64,000 nucleotides of DNA from assembly GCA_964304625.1 (NCBI GenBank), contig OZ199838.1:13959118-14023117 (forward strand). The letters are read 5' to 3'. Below the pieces are notes generated by a model that was not told the DNA's origin, searched no databases, and saw nothing but the letters and a program-made list of their open reading frames with translations. Position 1 is the first letter of the stretch. Each line of letters starts with the position of its first letter. This document shows, in pieces, positions 51,101 through 63,456 of the stretch. The stretch is from Kudoa neothunni. Taxonomy: Eukaryota > Animalia > Cnidaria. The translations under genes were made by a program, and so were the position numbers.

Positions 51101-52697
51101 ACAACACAGTTACGATTTTACATGAAAATAGCGAGTGATAGACTTTGCAGGTTGAATACACTTAATACAAGTTATTGCATTAATGGCCCATTTCGTACAA
51201 TTATGTGAAAAAAATTGATGACAAACAACCAATAATATTATTACACGCATGACGTCTTTACATGATTTAAATGGGGACTAACGAAAATTACGAGATGAAT
51301 ATATTAATATTAATTTTTAAATTTATTCTAGAATGACTCCCGCATCCCCGGTGGTAGTTCCTCGCATCCCGTGTAGGGAAAGACCGCTTTAAGTAAAAAT
51401 TTCCAACAATGCGCGCGCGATATATTGTTTATGTTCGATTAACCGGAACCTCGTTATCCGGAAAGAAAATCGCTAATCTTGAATTTTCCGGATAATCGAG
51501 GTTCTACTGTATATAAAATCACGATGCCAACGGGTAATAATATATGATTTCAATATATACAAGAATTTTTCTAATAGAGATAATAATATTTATTTTATTA
51601 TAACATCCTATCCAGTTATCAAAAAGTATTGATCTAAGATGTTAGTTTGACGTATGATGTTGTGCATAGGTTGTAAATATGAAGAGATTTTATTGTGGGG
51701 CTTAAAAATATATTGGGGTAAAAATCACTTTAAGGCAGTTATAGAGCTAATGTTGACTGAAACATTTAACAATGAAAATACTAATCATTGCACCTTTAGC
51801 TGCTGATGTTGGAAAAAAATGAGAAAGAAAATTACTTTTCTCTCTACAAAAATATGCATGAGGCATTGTGTCAGTTGAGAATTGACCATTTTCATCAAAT
51901 TTGTAAATTAAAACAAGAACACCTTGAACAAATGCAGGAAGCAGAACTCAAAAATCAAAATGTGTATTCTACAAAATTAGAAGTTCAACTGCGCAAAAAA
52001 CACATAAACGAATTAAAACAAAAACCAAAAACAATGAAATCTATGGAATCCAGTTTACGAAAAATCTACATGGAAAATGCAAGATTAGCCAATCAAATGT
52101 ATCGCCAAAAAGTGGAACAGGCTTCACAATGTAATCCTAAAGAAAACATGCCCTACATAAAACAACAGCTAAAACGAGAAAGATTGAAAAAATTATCCAC
52201 ATTTGAAGCTGAATTTCAAGAATCTCTTGCAAAACAATCGCTCGAAATGGAAGTCAAACTCAGCTCTCAACAAGAAAAAGAGAAGGATGAATTGCATATG
52301 AAATTACATTCTGAACTTGATCAACTAAAGCAATCACAATCTTTTGTTAATAAACACATTGACTCCCAATTGGATGATCAGCTGAAATCAATTAAAATGG
52401 AAGTCAATGAAAAATTGGATGAATGCGTTAAAAAAGTAAATCTTTGTTTTTAGTTGTTCTTTTTTATTAATTGTTTTCATCAAATAGCTTGAGAAAGAAA
52501 GGAGGGAATTGGGTGATTATTTCAACGTTGAAATAAGCAAAATGGAAGTCGAACGCACCACTATCACCAAAGAGATTGAAAAACAACGAAATGCCTTTAA
52601 TAATCATGAACTTGTTATGTACCCACCTTCTCCTTCGTACGTGTATGATCAACTGACGCGTACACCACTAAATCCAAAATCAAGACCATATATTTAA
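45149..52697 (+). CDS. TAOK: TAO (thousand-and-one, STE20 family) Ser/Thr kinase; many micro-introns plus one ~4.1-kb intron (47682-51799)
   Basis: [94 protein letters not shown]-terminal coiled coil QLRKKH..ELKQKPK. Confidence 0.93.
48326..49348 (-). mobile_element. Deletion derivative of the SPIN-like hAT at 10405-15169
   Basis: 48326-49020 is similar to the reverse complement of ~14440-15169; termini cagggatggccag / ttggccatatctg. Confidence 0.8.
49486..49741. mobile_element. ~250-bp piggyBac MITE of the 18737 family
   Basis: TTAA-CCCTTAAAGGATAACC ... GGTTATCCTTTAAGGG-TTAA. Confidence 0.92.
50480..51390 (-). mobile_element. hAT (Buster/Charlie-like) remnant
   Basis: Minus-strand remnant [11 protein letters not shown]; GC-rich end tagggaaagaccg ~51373-51386. 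Confidence 0.4.
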
Positions 52698-53119
52698 CAA
52701 CTTTCCCATTAGGCATATCCTTTTATACATCAACCCGCCGCCATATATTTTAAAATCAAAACCATATTTATATATTCATTTTATTTGTTTCTTTTCATTT
52801 TATAAATATTTCCCTTTATTTATCGTTGGTTTCATGGAGCGTTCGGAGAGCGCGTCTTGATTATGCGAATTATTGTACTTAAAGATTTGATCAGTTTTCT
52901 AATTAGTTGTCTCTAGCTAATGATATTTAAAATTTAAGGTTGCGTTTTAGATTAATTTTCTATGGTTATAGGAATTTGTATAACTGTTACGAACACCTTT
53001 GGTTCTTCTATTTCAACTTTTTTTGTGTACAAGGTAAAAACCAAGACGAAACTTATAACGCGATGAAGTTCTGGATAGTTCGATTACTTCGATCAACGCT
53101 ATACGCACCACAGGACGAT

Positions 53120-53475
53120 TAACATCATCCCCCATATCCTTCTGCGGTAGTGTGGGCGTTTAACCCACTAAAAAAACGGTGGCGGAGCAACCACCACTCC
53201 AAACCCTATCGTCCATAGGGATTTTAGCTCTACAGAGATCTCAAGCCTGTTTGTACATCCCCGACGACTCAAACGTCTAATTAAATCTCCCATGCTAGGT
53301 CGAATTATAATAATAGGTGGAATTACAATTATAATGCAATCGCCCTCTAACAACAGCTCCTAGTACGGGGTGAAATCATTCGTACGGAAACAGTAGACTG
53401 ATCAATATCGGGGCTCGAATTCAGTATCTCCGGGTATTGAGTCCAGTCATCACACCACTAAATTATGTGTCCTCG
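53120..53475 (-). mobile_element. Possible tRNA-derived SINE
   Basis: Minus strand carries A-box-like TAATTTAGTGG and B-box-like GAATTCGAGCCCC at tRNA spacing (53397-53472), followed by a relatively GC-rich non-coding body. Confidence 0.35.
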
Positions 53476-53805
53476 ACCTATGCAAGTATAGTTCTCCTCT
53501 CTTTCTCTCCTCGATTTTGTGGGGTTTGTTGCAGTAGAGTGTCACTCCCACTACTATCGTCAAAGCGCTTGATATGCGATGAATCACGCCGGGCCAGTCT
53601 AATTTGGTGACGACACAATCCCACTAGTATATAACGACCAACTCAGGTTTTTTATTTAAAACTTTCGCGATCCATTGGATTTTGACATAAATAAAAATTT
53701 CAAAATCTTTAATATTAATATTAAAATATAAGTATTTTATGCGAAAATAATATTTTTGTCAATAAAAGTGGAAATTTCTTAAAATTTATTCGACATAATC
53801 TAATA

Positions 53806-54389
53806 CAGGGGTTCTCAACCGCAGGTAAATTAAGTAACCTCGAAATAAGATGAGCACAATTTTCGGATTATGGGTTTGTGATGTACATAAGGATTTCTAA
53901 GGAATTATTTTATTTATGGCTAGTAAACTCAATAAGGAGTCGACAGAACTGCTTTAAATGTTTTAGGAAGAAATATTTAACAACTATTTATAAAACTACA
54001 ATCGGTCTCTTCCTTATATGATGCGTTTATCTTTTAGTGATGTAGCTTAATAATCACAATACTTAAAATGACTATTTTCATGGTAAATAATATTCAAGTG
54101 TCATTATTTTTGACTGCTTTTAATTATGTCTGGCTCTCAGAGCGAAGGATTGGAATAGAAATAATTCAATTCAGCAGAATCTAAAAAATTAAATCTGTAG
54201 GCAGCTCGTGAGTAGGAGTTGATGGGATTAAAAATTGCCATTATGCAAGCGTATGTGCCATTTAGGACCAGAATTTATCTCTCAAATAGTCTCTACCATA
54301 GTTGAACCAATATAAAATCTTAAATTAAATATGTATTTGACTTCCAAGCTAATGGTGTAAATTTGAAAAAAAACAGTCGAGAACCCCTG
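53806..54389. mobile_element. hAT MITE
   Basis: TIR CAGGGGTTCTC(A/G)AC; 8-bp flanks atctaata / gtttaata. Confidence 0.82.
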
Positions 54390-54667
54390 GTTTAATACAT
54401 AAACAACATGCATTTGTATATAGATATCTATTATCAGTTTCCATATTTTTGTTGTGCTGCAGATTCTCTAGGAAAACTTCACAGATCAATGATTGAAAAA
54501 TTTATAATCTAGATCAGTAGTTTTCAACTGGTGATCCCCGGATTCTTAGGGCCCGCCAAGGTCGCCTAAGGGATCCGTAGCCTCGAAAAATATAGAAACT
54601 AATGGTAGGTATTTGTTTACAAATACATGAAATTTTTATAAACCTTGTATTTTATTTGTCTACAATT

Positions 54668-56210
54668 TCCTATATATATATTATATATAAAGTAGTAATG
54701 CCCATCTGTTTGAGTGTGCACAATTCTTCTCCCTATACAAAGGCTTTTTAGAACATTTGAAATTATTTTTATACATTAACCCTCATACACGCGCTAAAAA
54801 AATCACTTTCCCCATGCCAGGGGTCATTTTGACCCTCGCCTTACAGAGAAAACTCTTAATTTTTTTGTATGAATGGTTTTTATATATGATAAAAGTTCAT
54901 TTATTGTTATAGAAAAATTACGAAATTTTTTTAATCAACGCATAATAAAATATGGATATCGTCAATTATTGTCGTACATGTGACAATGGATTCTGAATTC
55001 ACTGAAAACCATCCCCATTTTGAGACATTAATTTTGAATTTAGTAATTGTATAGCTGAGAACCTCACATCGGATTACTATTATTCCGATAAAGAAACTGA
55101 TCTTTCCAATAAAAAATTCTACGCAGTGACCTTTGATGAGGGGAAAAGTGGTCTGAGCAACCAGCACGCATTCGAAGACAAACTGACGCAGAGAAAATTT
55201 TCAAACAGAAAACCTCCTTCAAAAATAATGAATTAAAAATTGTTATATTTCATTTTTTGTGTTCTTAAATTTTCCGATAAATGAAATGTTAGATTTGATT
55301 GTTGAATATACAAATAAATACATAAAGCATGAGTTACAATGGAAAAATTCAATTACAAAAGATGACTGATTGAAGTATATTGGTTGTTATTCAGCTATAA
55401 GAATAATGAAGAGGACAAATATGGATGTTTTCAATTACTGATATTTGCAATCTTGAGTTGAGCGAATTCAAAGGAACGTATATAATTTTTAAAAATGACT
55501 ACTAAATATGTTATTCTTCGAATGCGAGCTAAATGTTGACAGATCTTATGGTACAACCGTGTATATGGTCTTGTTGCCAAAATCAGTCTCATCATAAAGT
55601 CTCGATAGCCTGATTGTAATTGGGAGTTTAAAATATTCTTCAATCACATATATATTATGTATAATTTAAAACAGTTGTTTAGAAATTTTTCTTTTTCCAA
55701 AAGAAGCAAATTTTAGGTGAGTTACAATCTACTTCACGTGTTTGAATAAGAGAGTAATTTGTTTATATTTTTTAAATATATTTTAATAATGTTAGTATTT
55801 CCATTATAACAAACGCCCCGGTTTTAAAATACAATGTCTATTACTTAAGTACTATTCAGAGTTATTAAAAAAATGGTGGGGGCGTGATTTTTTGTATCGA
55901 AGCTGAAAATATCTTTAAAGGTAACATATCAAAAATTTTAATTGTACATTATAATAATTAAGTTTCAACAATAAATTAGAGATAAAAAGCATTTTTTTAT
56001 CTTGGATGTGTTTACAACAGAACACCGATTAAGTCAGGTGGGGGCCATTTTGACCCCCACCGTGGGTATGAGGGTTAAAAAATATAAAATTAACTATAAA
56101 AGTAAAACTGAAATTTCTGATTGCTTATAAAGTGATGAATTGGTAGTGCAAATTTAATGTAGCGGATTAGAGAAGACAATATTAAGATTACCACTACACG
56201 TGACTAATTG
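54668..56210 (+). mobile_element. Helitron-like 5' portion (copy of the 20214-20968 family), split by a piggyBac MITE
   Basis: TCC(TA)n-AAAG start; continuous similarity to the reverse complement of 20770-20968 once 54776-56078 is removed. Confidence 0.5.
54776..56078. mobile_element. Non-autonomous piggyBac
   Basis: TTAA-CCCTCATAC ... GTATGAGGG-TTAA; subterminal palindrome GGGG(T/C)CATTTTGACCC near both ends. Confidence 0.88.
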
Positions 56211-58083
56211 ATGGGTTCCGTGAAAATGTGGCTACATTAAACTTTCAACAATTATATTCAATTATAGCATCGTGATTTTTTTACATTTAGAACATAATTA
56301 AAACGTTCTATAGCATTTTTTCTTGCCTAGACCGGATCGGCCGAGTAAACAATCGCGTGTTATTTAAACGGGAGATTGATTGACGTGGAAAAATTATTTA
56401 TGCTGCATGTTTAATTAGCGCGAAATTTGTTAATTACTTTTATTTAAATTATTTAAAAACTGCAAAAAAGCTTTTAGAATGGCGAGTCCATCACCCGATT
56501 AGTTAAAGTGATTAATATGCCGCACAAGTGGAAAGAACTTTTTATTTCTAATGAAGGTATAGTCCATTCCAGGAGAAAATAAAGAATATCGGGATATTGC
56601 TGTTTTTTGATTAACAATGACGTCGATAGGACGATACAATAATTAAATTTTACATTTAATACTTTAATTGAAGAGTCGAGTCAAAGTTAAAGGAAATTTT
56701 TATTCTTTAAATTTTTTCAACTATAAGTCGCGTTCTGAAACAAAGGCAGGTGTTTCGATACATCTAAAATTTTTAAGGTACTTAACCAGAGAATCGAAAG
56801 AACGATATTATAAACAAACTATGAATTTATTAATCTCAGCGAAGGGTTGTATAGAAGAATTAATATATTCTATCATTATGCAATGTTTTTTCAATTTAGC
56901 TGAGCTCCCTCCTCGAAAAAGCCGGGATTTTCGCGTCAATATATATATATATATATGGGGGTCCGCGATTCCACAAAGCTTGAAAACCACTGACCTAGAT
57001 AGTCATAGTTTTTACAGGATAGAAAATGAGTTAATTTAATTCACTAATTTTCAGCGTAATATATGTTTAACGAATCATCTTAATAAAATGGAATACATCT
57101 GGGCCCCAAATGAAATGTGGCGCATTTTTCTCAAAAACCTGAAAATCAATTGTCATCATACTTTTAATAATCTCCTATTAATATTATTTGTTAATGGTGC
57201 GTGTTAACATATTTATTATCGGATCCATTAAATTTTTATAATTAGAAAATTTTTCGGGTGAAACGAGATCCAAATAGATCGCGTTATTTTTTCAATCTTT
57301 TATAACTGTATGGTATTAAATATGTACTTTTAAAATTTATACTAAATTGAATAATTTGAAAAAGTCAAAATTTGACGAACTTATCTCGCACATATACGCA
57401 TGTCGTATATAAAAAATCGTTGTTTTGGCAGATGTAGACTTATATGGAAGAAAGCAGTGATCCATCGTATTATGTGTATATCGAAAAATCTAACGATTGT
57501 GCATATAAAAGCGACACTATGCATCATTATTATGATGGTTTACTCATAGATCAATGTTAAAAATAGTTGTATTTTGATTAAACTAAAACACCCACGGAAA
57601 ATATGATGACATTCACATAAAGATAAAAATATCTATTTAGGTACATTTAACTTGAACAATAATTAACGCTCATACTCATACAATCACTGGAAACAAATTC
57701 CATTTATATAATTTCTTCAAAATTAGATTCCTTGAGTTTTGGAAGAGAGCGGTATTTTAGTTGTAGAATTTTTTGTAAATGAATGTTAAAAATTTACTCT
57801 CTTAAAGATGGATTTGAGGAAGCTTAAATTTAATTAAAATATGTATGAAAATAAATCAATTATGGTAATAAACTATTTTTAGTTTACCTATAATTTTAAT
57901 TAAACTGGACTATAACTTAAAACCATAATGACTTTTATTAATCCTGCGGTAGAAACTAATAAAACTTGTTCATTTATTCATTTGTTACTATTCATCATAT
58001 TTTTCACTTTATAAATACATTGATAGTATCGATATATCAAGAAATAAACATCAGCGAATGAGAGAAACACTTTATTTGATAGA

Positions 58084-59501
58084 TTAGTAGATAAAAGGAA
58101 TAAGTTTGTATGGCACACTTCTACAATATTGGTCCCAATGTTCACCATACTTTTCTTTGCATTTCTTTTGATCTCTGTGGATTCGATGTAAAAGCAAAAT
58201 AAGCATGTAGAAAAAGTAGAAGTAAGGTAGTATGTGACCGAATCCACAACACATACAGCCGCATAATGAAAATATAAGATCAGCCAAATAATTGAAATGG
58301 CGACAAATCCCCCAGAAGCCACTTGTCAAGAGATAGGATTCTTCCAACCGGCCATCATTACAAACGTATGTGGCCTTGATGTAGGTTGCAGGCTTACCCC
58401 AAATGTAATAGTCCTTTCCTTGAGCGATGGATTCATGGAATTGTTTTCTTTGATTGTTCGACCATCGACACAACAAATAAGATACTATTGCTACTATCAT
58501 GATTGAATAAAATTTCGTAGCTGAAAGAAAATAATGATTGAATGATAAATAACGACTCTAGATTTAAGGTTTAAATTTCAATGAATGTAAAATAGCCTAC
58601 CTGAAGTGTGTACATAAATGGTATCCATACCATATCACCCCAAGCCAAATAGAATCCAAAATGATCATATGCGATGTCCATCGTATGAATGTACCATTCT
58701 TCATAATAAAATAGATCCATAACATAGATGTACTAATTCGGATAATGTTTATGATATATTTCAGTGGAATCGTAATAAAAATCGATTTACCTGTATAACA
58801 TTGACCCCAATAATAGAATAGTCGAGATAGAAATGTTCTAATGTGTAATGGATAACCAACGAGAGGTTGATTAATGGCCAGGCGGCAATTCCAGTTCGCG
58901 AGTTAAAGAATTGTTTCAAATCCACATCAAATATTCTAGGACTGTGCTCAATTCCCATGTAGAAATCGTAAACGCAGCATCCACTAAATACACAGTCTTG
59001 GGAGGAGCTAGGGAAAAGGTGGGCTTTTATGTAAACGAGGAACGCCAGCATGAACCCATAACAATTACTTAGCCACAATAGCAAGTAAAAGTTATTAAAA
59101 AACATTCTTCCTTCGATCCAACCATACAACATGAACAATAAAATCACCAGATTTGATATGAGGAACGATAAATATCCATTACAACGATATTTGAAAACAC
59201 TACCCCCAGCGGTGGGTATACCGTCGACTGTATTGGCTGGAATCAAATAGTAAAGTGCTAGCTGCAAAACTATCCAACAATGATATGTAACAATTATTCC
59301 GTAGTCCCATGCAATAGATCTAGGGTCGAGGTGCTTAAGAGAAGTTGACAATGAAGTCGGTAGATCACTTAGGGAATATGTTATTGAGCACTTATATTTT
59401 GGATTCGAACAAGTTTCATGAATAAATAGCACAAAAAGTGGGGGCCAAAGTATAAGCGAAAGGTTTAAAAATTTCCGGTAAGCCCAATTGAGGTAAACCA
59501 T
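58084..59501 (-). CDS. DHCR7: 7-dehydrocholesterol reductase (ERG4/ERG24 family); 3 exons
   Basis: YDFYMGIEHSPRI, DLKQFFNSRTG, EEWYIHTMDIAYDHFGFYLAWGDMVWIPFMYTLQ, IWGKPATYIKATY...SYLLTSGFWGICRHFNYLADL, HRIHRDQKKCKEKYG. Confidence 0.9.
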
Positions 59502-60207
59502 TCCAATATTCAAAATTCGATATTGAATAATCAATTCCGATAACAACCCTTTTTAAATATGACAAGAAATGTTAATCTAGATAAATATTAACGCGTGATT
59601 GATATGGTTAATACGTAAATGGATTTATTCGATTATTCTTACAAAAAATAAACGGATGATTTTTCTTTAAGCATAGACAAGTCTGTAACACTTAAACCTA
59701 AAGATGAGTATTTTTACAGCGTATTCTCGATGAACCTCAAAATTTAGTAGCTATAAATTGATATTAATTGAAAATATTCTATAATTAGGTTAGAATTTTA
59801 ATTCAAAGATGTGATAAATTTTAAAAACTAGAAAATGCGAGCTTTATTAAACATAATGATAAATAAATAAAGTTATATTGATTTGTCTAACCTACAGATT
59901 CAGAAAGCAGGTAGAAAAACCTTTGCAGTAAATATTAGAAGATATATAACGAAACAAAACAGACAGATATCAGTTTTTGTATGAGCTGGAACAAAAATAT
60001 ATTATTAAATATATCCGAATCTTTATCAAACGATTAAACATTATATCCAACGAGCCCATTTTGTGGCGATATTCGCCAAATATCGAAGGATGTAAACAAG
60101 CTTATGTTATTATCGTGATTGTTCTAAGAGAACTTAACATAAAATTATGAAATTCACTATCTCCCACTTAAAATTTCGATTGATTATTAATCCAAATCTA
60201 TCAGCAG

Positions 60208-60385
60208 CACAGTGGGTGACGGTTGGTTCGTAATTTCAAATATTGCGCCCGCAATATTATGGAGGAAAAAATGCTATAAATTAATTATAATGATAAATTA
60301 TTTTGAAGGAAATTACACAGTTATAGTAATATTTTTAAGTTTACTGGCAATTGTAATGTGTACTTCTCGTCCAATGCCCGTTTGG
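60208..60385. repeat. Terminal fragment of the CAC-terminal element
   Basis: CACAGTGGGTGACGGTTGGTTCGTAAT start; similar to 26665-26835. Confidence 0.6.
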
Positions 60386-60449
60386 TGTTAATTTGATTTA
60401 AACCAAATAAAAGAATATTATCCAGTAGTTGTTGATTTGCCCGATGGAA

Positions 60450-61150
60450 TCAAAGACACAGAATTTGATTAAAAGCTATCTGAATGTCTTATTTCTGTAT
60501 ATGAACATGCTGGCTGAACAACTTAAGCCCTAGATTGATTTTTCAAAACATTTCCAAACCGAAGCAAACTTTTGTCTCTCAAATGTATTTGACTGGATGA
60601 ATGATGATTTCGCAGCTAAAAAGATTAATTTTCTGAGAAATCACAAGGATATTCTTGACCGTCCTTTATTGTAAGTTAGAAATGAGTTGATCGTAAGACT
60701 GAATTTTTCCTCGATAAAATAGTCCGGGGAATCCATCATTGTATATTAAACAACATGAGAGATTGTTGTCCATCAGTTACATTTTTTGAGACAGTCGAAC
60801 ACATCGATCTAACCATTCAATTGTCGATTGAAGGTGAGAATATTGATGATCTACGCAATCTAATACATATAAAGACAAGACAGAACTAAAAAACGAATAT
60901 AATTTACCCTGTAAATTACTTAAAGATCCGAATAAACCAACTACTGATAGTGGATTTTGGTAAAAAGATCAAATATCAAATATCTTCCCATTGTCGTCCC
61001 AACTTGCACAAGATTTGTTATCGTCGCCTGTGTCATCAATTACTGTTGAACGGAGATTTTCGAAAATGAACTATATATTCCCAAAGAAAGAATGAGATTG
61101 TACGATGAACGAATTGCCATGCTGTCGATTTTAAATTTTAACGACCCACC
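60450..61150 (+). pseudogene. hAT transposase C-terminal dimerisation-domain remnant
   Basis: FW...LAQDLLSSPVSSITVERRFSKMNYIF...RMRL. Confidence 0.7.
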
Positions 61151-61272
61151 CATGCTTTAACCCCTGTCTAGTCACAATATTTGTTTTAGTCGTTTAAACT
61201 GGTTTTATTTTTTTCTCGAAATATACGTCGAAAAAGCCGTTTTAGTAAATAATGTTGTTTATTTGTAACACA

Positions 61273-61345
61273 AGGTCCTAGCTGGGATTCGAACCTGGGT
61301 TACGTGCATTAAACGGTGGTGGTGCCGTACCGCACTGCTCTCGAT
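61273..61345 (-). other. tRNA-derived fragment (pseudo-tRNA or SINE head)
   Basis: T-arm/B box CCAGGTTCGAATCCCAG followed by CTAGGACCT; no complementary 5' acceptor strand. Confidence 0.4.
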
Positions 61346-61730
61346 TGTGCACCTGTGGTTGGTGGACTACAATCCTTATCTATAATCCACATGTTGCATT
61401 ATTGACAAAAGCCGTCGCTTTAAAAAGATAAACGTCGAAAAATGTAAGGCCTATTCACAAGTAAGACTTAGTGTGATTAAATTTTAATGACGCACGCGCT
61501 CCTATTAATTTAGGATTAAAATTCGCCGTGCTAATACCCTCCGCCTTTGGAAGAAGTAACTTTAAATGAGGAATCCATACCAAATAAAGGTAGTAAATGC
61601 GTGAAAATTTTAGACTCTCGTATATATAATTTTAAGATATATAATTAATGCGAAAGAAATACATTCAAAACGATAATTCAAAAAGGCTGAATAAAATGAA
61701 AGGAGGGTGAAAGTTTGATAATAATAATTT

Positions 61731-63456
61731 CTAGTTGGGTTGCTCAAGAAGTTGGCAGTTTGGTAGGAAATCTTCCCACAAATTTTTTATCTAAGCAAAT
61801 TTGTGAAATGTGAGAGAAATTAAAAAAACCTTAGATTCTAATTCAAAGAGAGCTTTGAAATAGGCTAGAATAGCTTTTTTAGCATGTTTCACACGAGTTT
61901 TCTAAGAAAATAATTAACATACGAATAGAACCAAGAGAGAGAAAGAGAATTACGTCAAAAACATCCACTTCGTATTTGAGATTTTCAAGCAAAGTGTCTA
62001 GTTCCTTTTTGCAGTCGGCTTTGGCCATTTCGATCTACAAAATTTGATTACCCATCAGTGTTCGTCAATCGAGATAATAATCACATCATAAATTTCTTGC
62101 TTGTATTGGGTGATTTTTCTCGGCGTAGAAACATGCTCTTTTTGTTTTAGCTCATCATTTTTTACAACCAGACGATTGGAAAGGTTGTTGTATTCGTTGC
62201 TGAGAATGATGGCATTTTTGAAAATGGAAATAAGTCCAAGGATCCACATGTGAGTGTGTTTCACTGTAGCTACACCGTATTTCACAGTGTATCTAGCCTA
62301 TCGTCCAATTTGATTATTCACATTGATTAAACCAACAATAATACTTTATCTTGATAGAGAGAGGCCTGTTGTTCTTTGAGACTAGCCAACTTGTTGAAAA
62401 CACTGGCAAGACCGCCAAAATTTTCCGCAAAACACAAATTAGTACACACCGACGAGAAAAATTCAATTTCTCGAGCAATAGCTAATTATTAATTAAAATC
62501 AATTTCAATAAAAGATTAAAGCAAATACCAAAAGTTTGGTGGTGAATCAATCGTGAAAACTGTGCCAAATTGTTTAACTTTGGTTCAATTCGCACTAAAT
62601 TCTCATATGTTTCTTCGAACCACTGCGAACGAATAAATATTATTGAACAATTTGTTTACTAACTTGAGAATAATTACAGGTTCAAAATTAGTAAAATTTA
62701 TGTTGGATAGCCAGTGTTTGTTGACACGTTCAGCAATACGAGCTATTTTGCCCTTATTTTTTTGAAATCTAATTTTAGTGGGCCACTAAAATTAATTGAT
62801 CAGTCGCGGTATTCAAAGTTATTCTGTTAGATTTCTTTTTACTTCTTGATCCACCAAAAAGTTGATAAATTCAGGATCTTGATTCGTTTTAACGTGGGTT
62901 GCAATGCTGTTCAAGAAACTACGTAAACATAAGAAATTATTGAACTTATTAATTTTCAACTTACAGTTCCAGCTGATACATTCTCTCGTCCAATTCCACA
63001 AATTGATCAGATACAGCATCGGAACTTGTTTTAATTTTAGCCATAGCTGAAATGAAGATTTAATTTTTGGTGTTCGATTAAACTTAGCGAATATTACCTA
63101 CTAACGATTTGTTAGGAGGTTTCACGATCATCACACCAAGTGGTTTGTATTTGCTGGTCAAATATTCAAACAACGTGACGAAATCTGTATATCTTCGATA
63201 GACTACATTCTCTTTGGATGCAAAAGCCGAATGATCGCTCTATCAAGCAAAACAGTTTTAGTTTTTGCCATTAAAACAACTTAAATTTGTTTATTCATTG
63301 ATGTACTTTTGTTAAAATTTGATAGCGAATGTAAGCACTAAGACCCTCACCTACAAATAGATTATAATTTGTAGAGATTTTGAGGTTGAAATACGACCTA
63401 GAAGAAAAAAAAGTACCAGTTTTAGTAGGTTCGCTCACTGTTATTTCCATATTCAT
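61731..63456 (-). CDS. SNX1: Sorting nexin 1/2-like (PX + BAR); about 10 small exons, start approximate
   Basis: ITVSEPTKTGEGLSAYIRYQI, VYRRYTDF..LFEYL, VKPPNKSLV, FLNSIATH...QDPEFINFL, WFEE, C-terminal KNLWEDFLP; all joined by short GT-AG introns. Confidence 0.85.

Larger units (their letters stand above)
48158..51509. mobile_element. Tigger/pogo-type non-autonomous element inside the TAOK intron
   Basis: TA-flanked TIR CAGTCGAACCTCGGTTATCCGGAA / TTCCGGATAATCGAGGTTCTACTG. Confidence 0.8.
54515..56992. mobile_element. hAT (Buster-type) non-autonomous element with nested Helitron and piggyBac
   Basis: TIR CAGT(A/G)GTTTTCAA; TSD atctagat / acctagat. Confidence 0.82.

Noticed and set aside
53380-53420. 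GAAAC...CTGATCA resembling a hammerhead ribozyme core
   Set aside because: Core is not CTGANGA and there is no room for the required stems
57978-58506. Overlapping ORFs 57978-58322 and 58297-58506
   Set aside because: Alternate-frame or antisense shadows of the last DHCR7 exon; same for 4434-4733, 8704-8895, 9218-9421, 11182-11604 and 22527-22880 over other genes
60208-60250. CACAGTG equals the V(D)J RSS heptamer, suggesting a RAG-like transposon
   Set aside because: No nonamer at 12/23-bp spacing and no RAG1/RAG2-like coding sequence; CAC termini are common to several superfamilies
61273-61345. Functional tRNA gene
   Set aside because: Only the T-arm/3' part is recognisable; no acceptor-stem pairing or clear anticodon arm
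62771-62793. Palindrome aattttagtgggccactaaaatt at a SNX splice acceptor
   Set aside because: Short, AT-rich and partly coding; chance cannot be excluded
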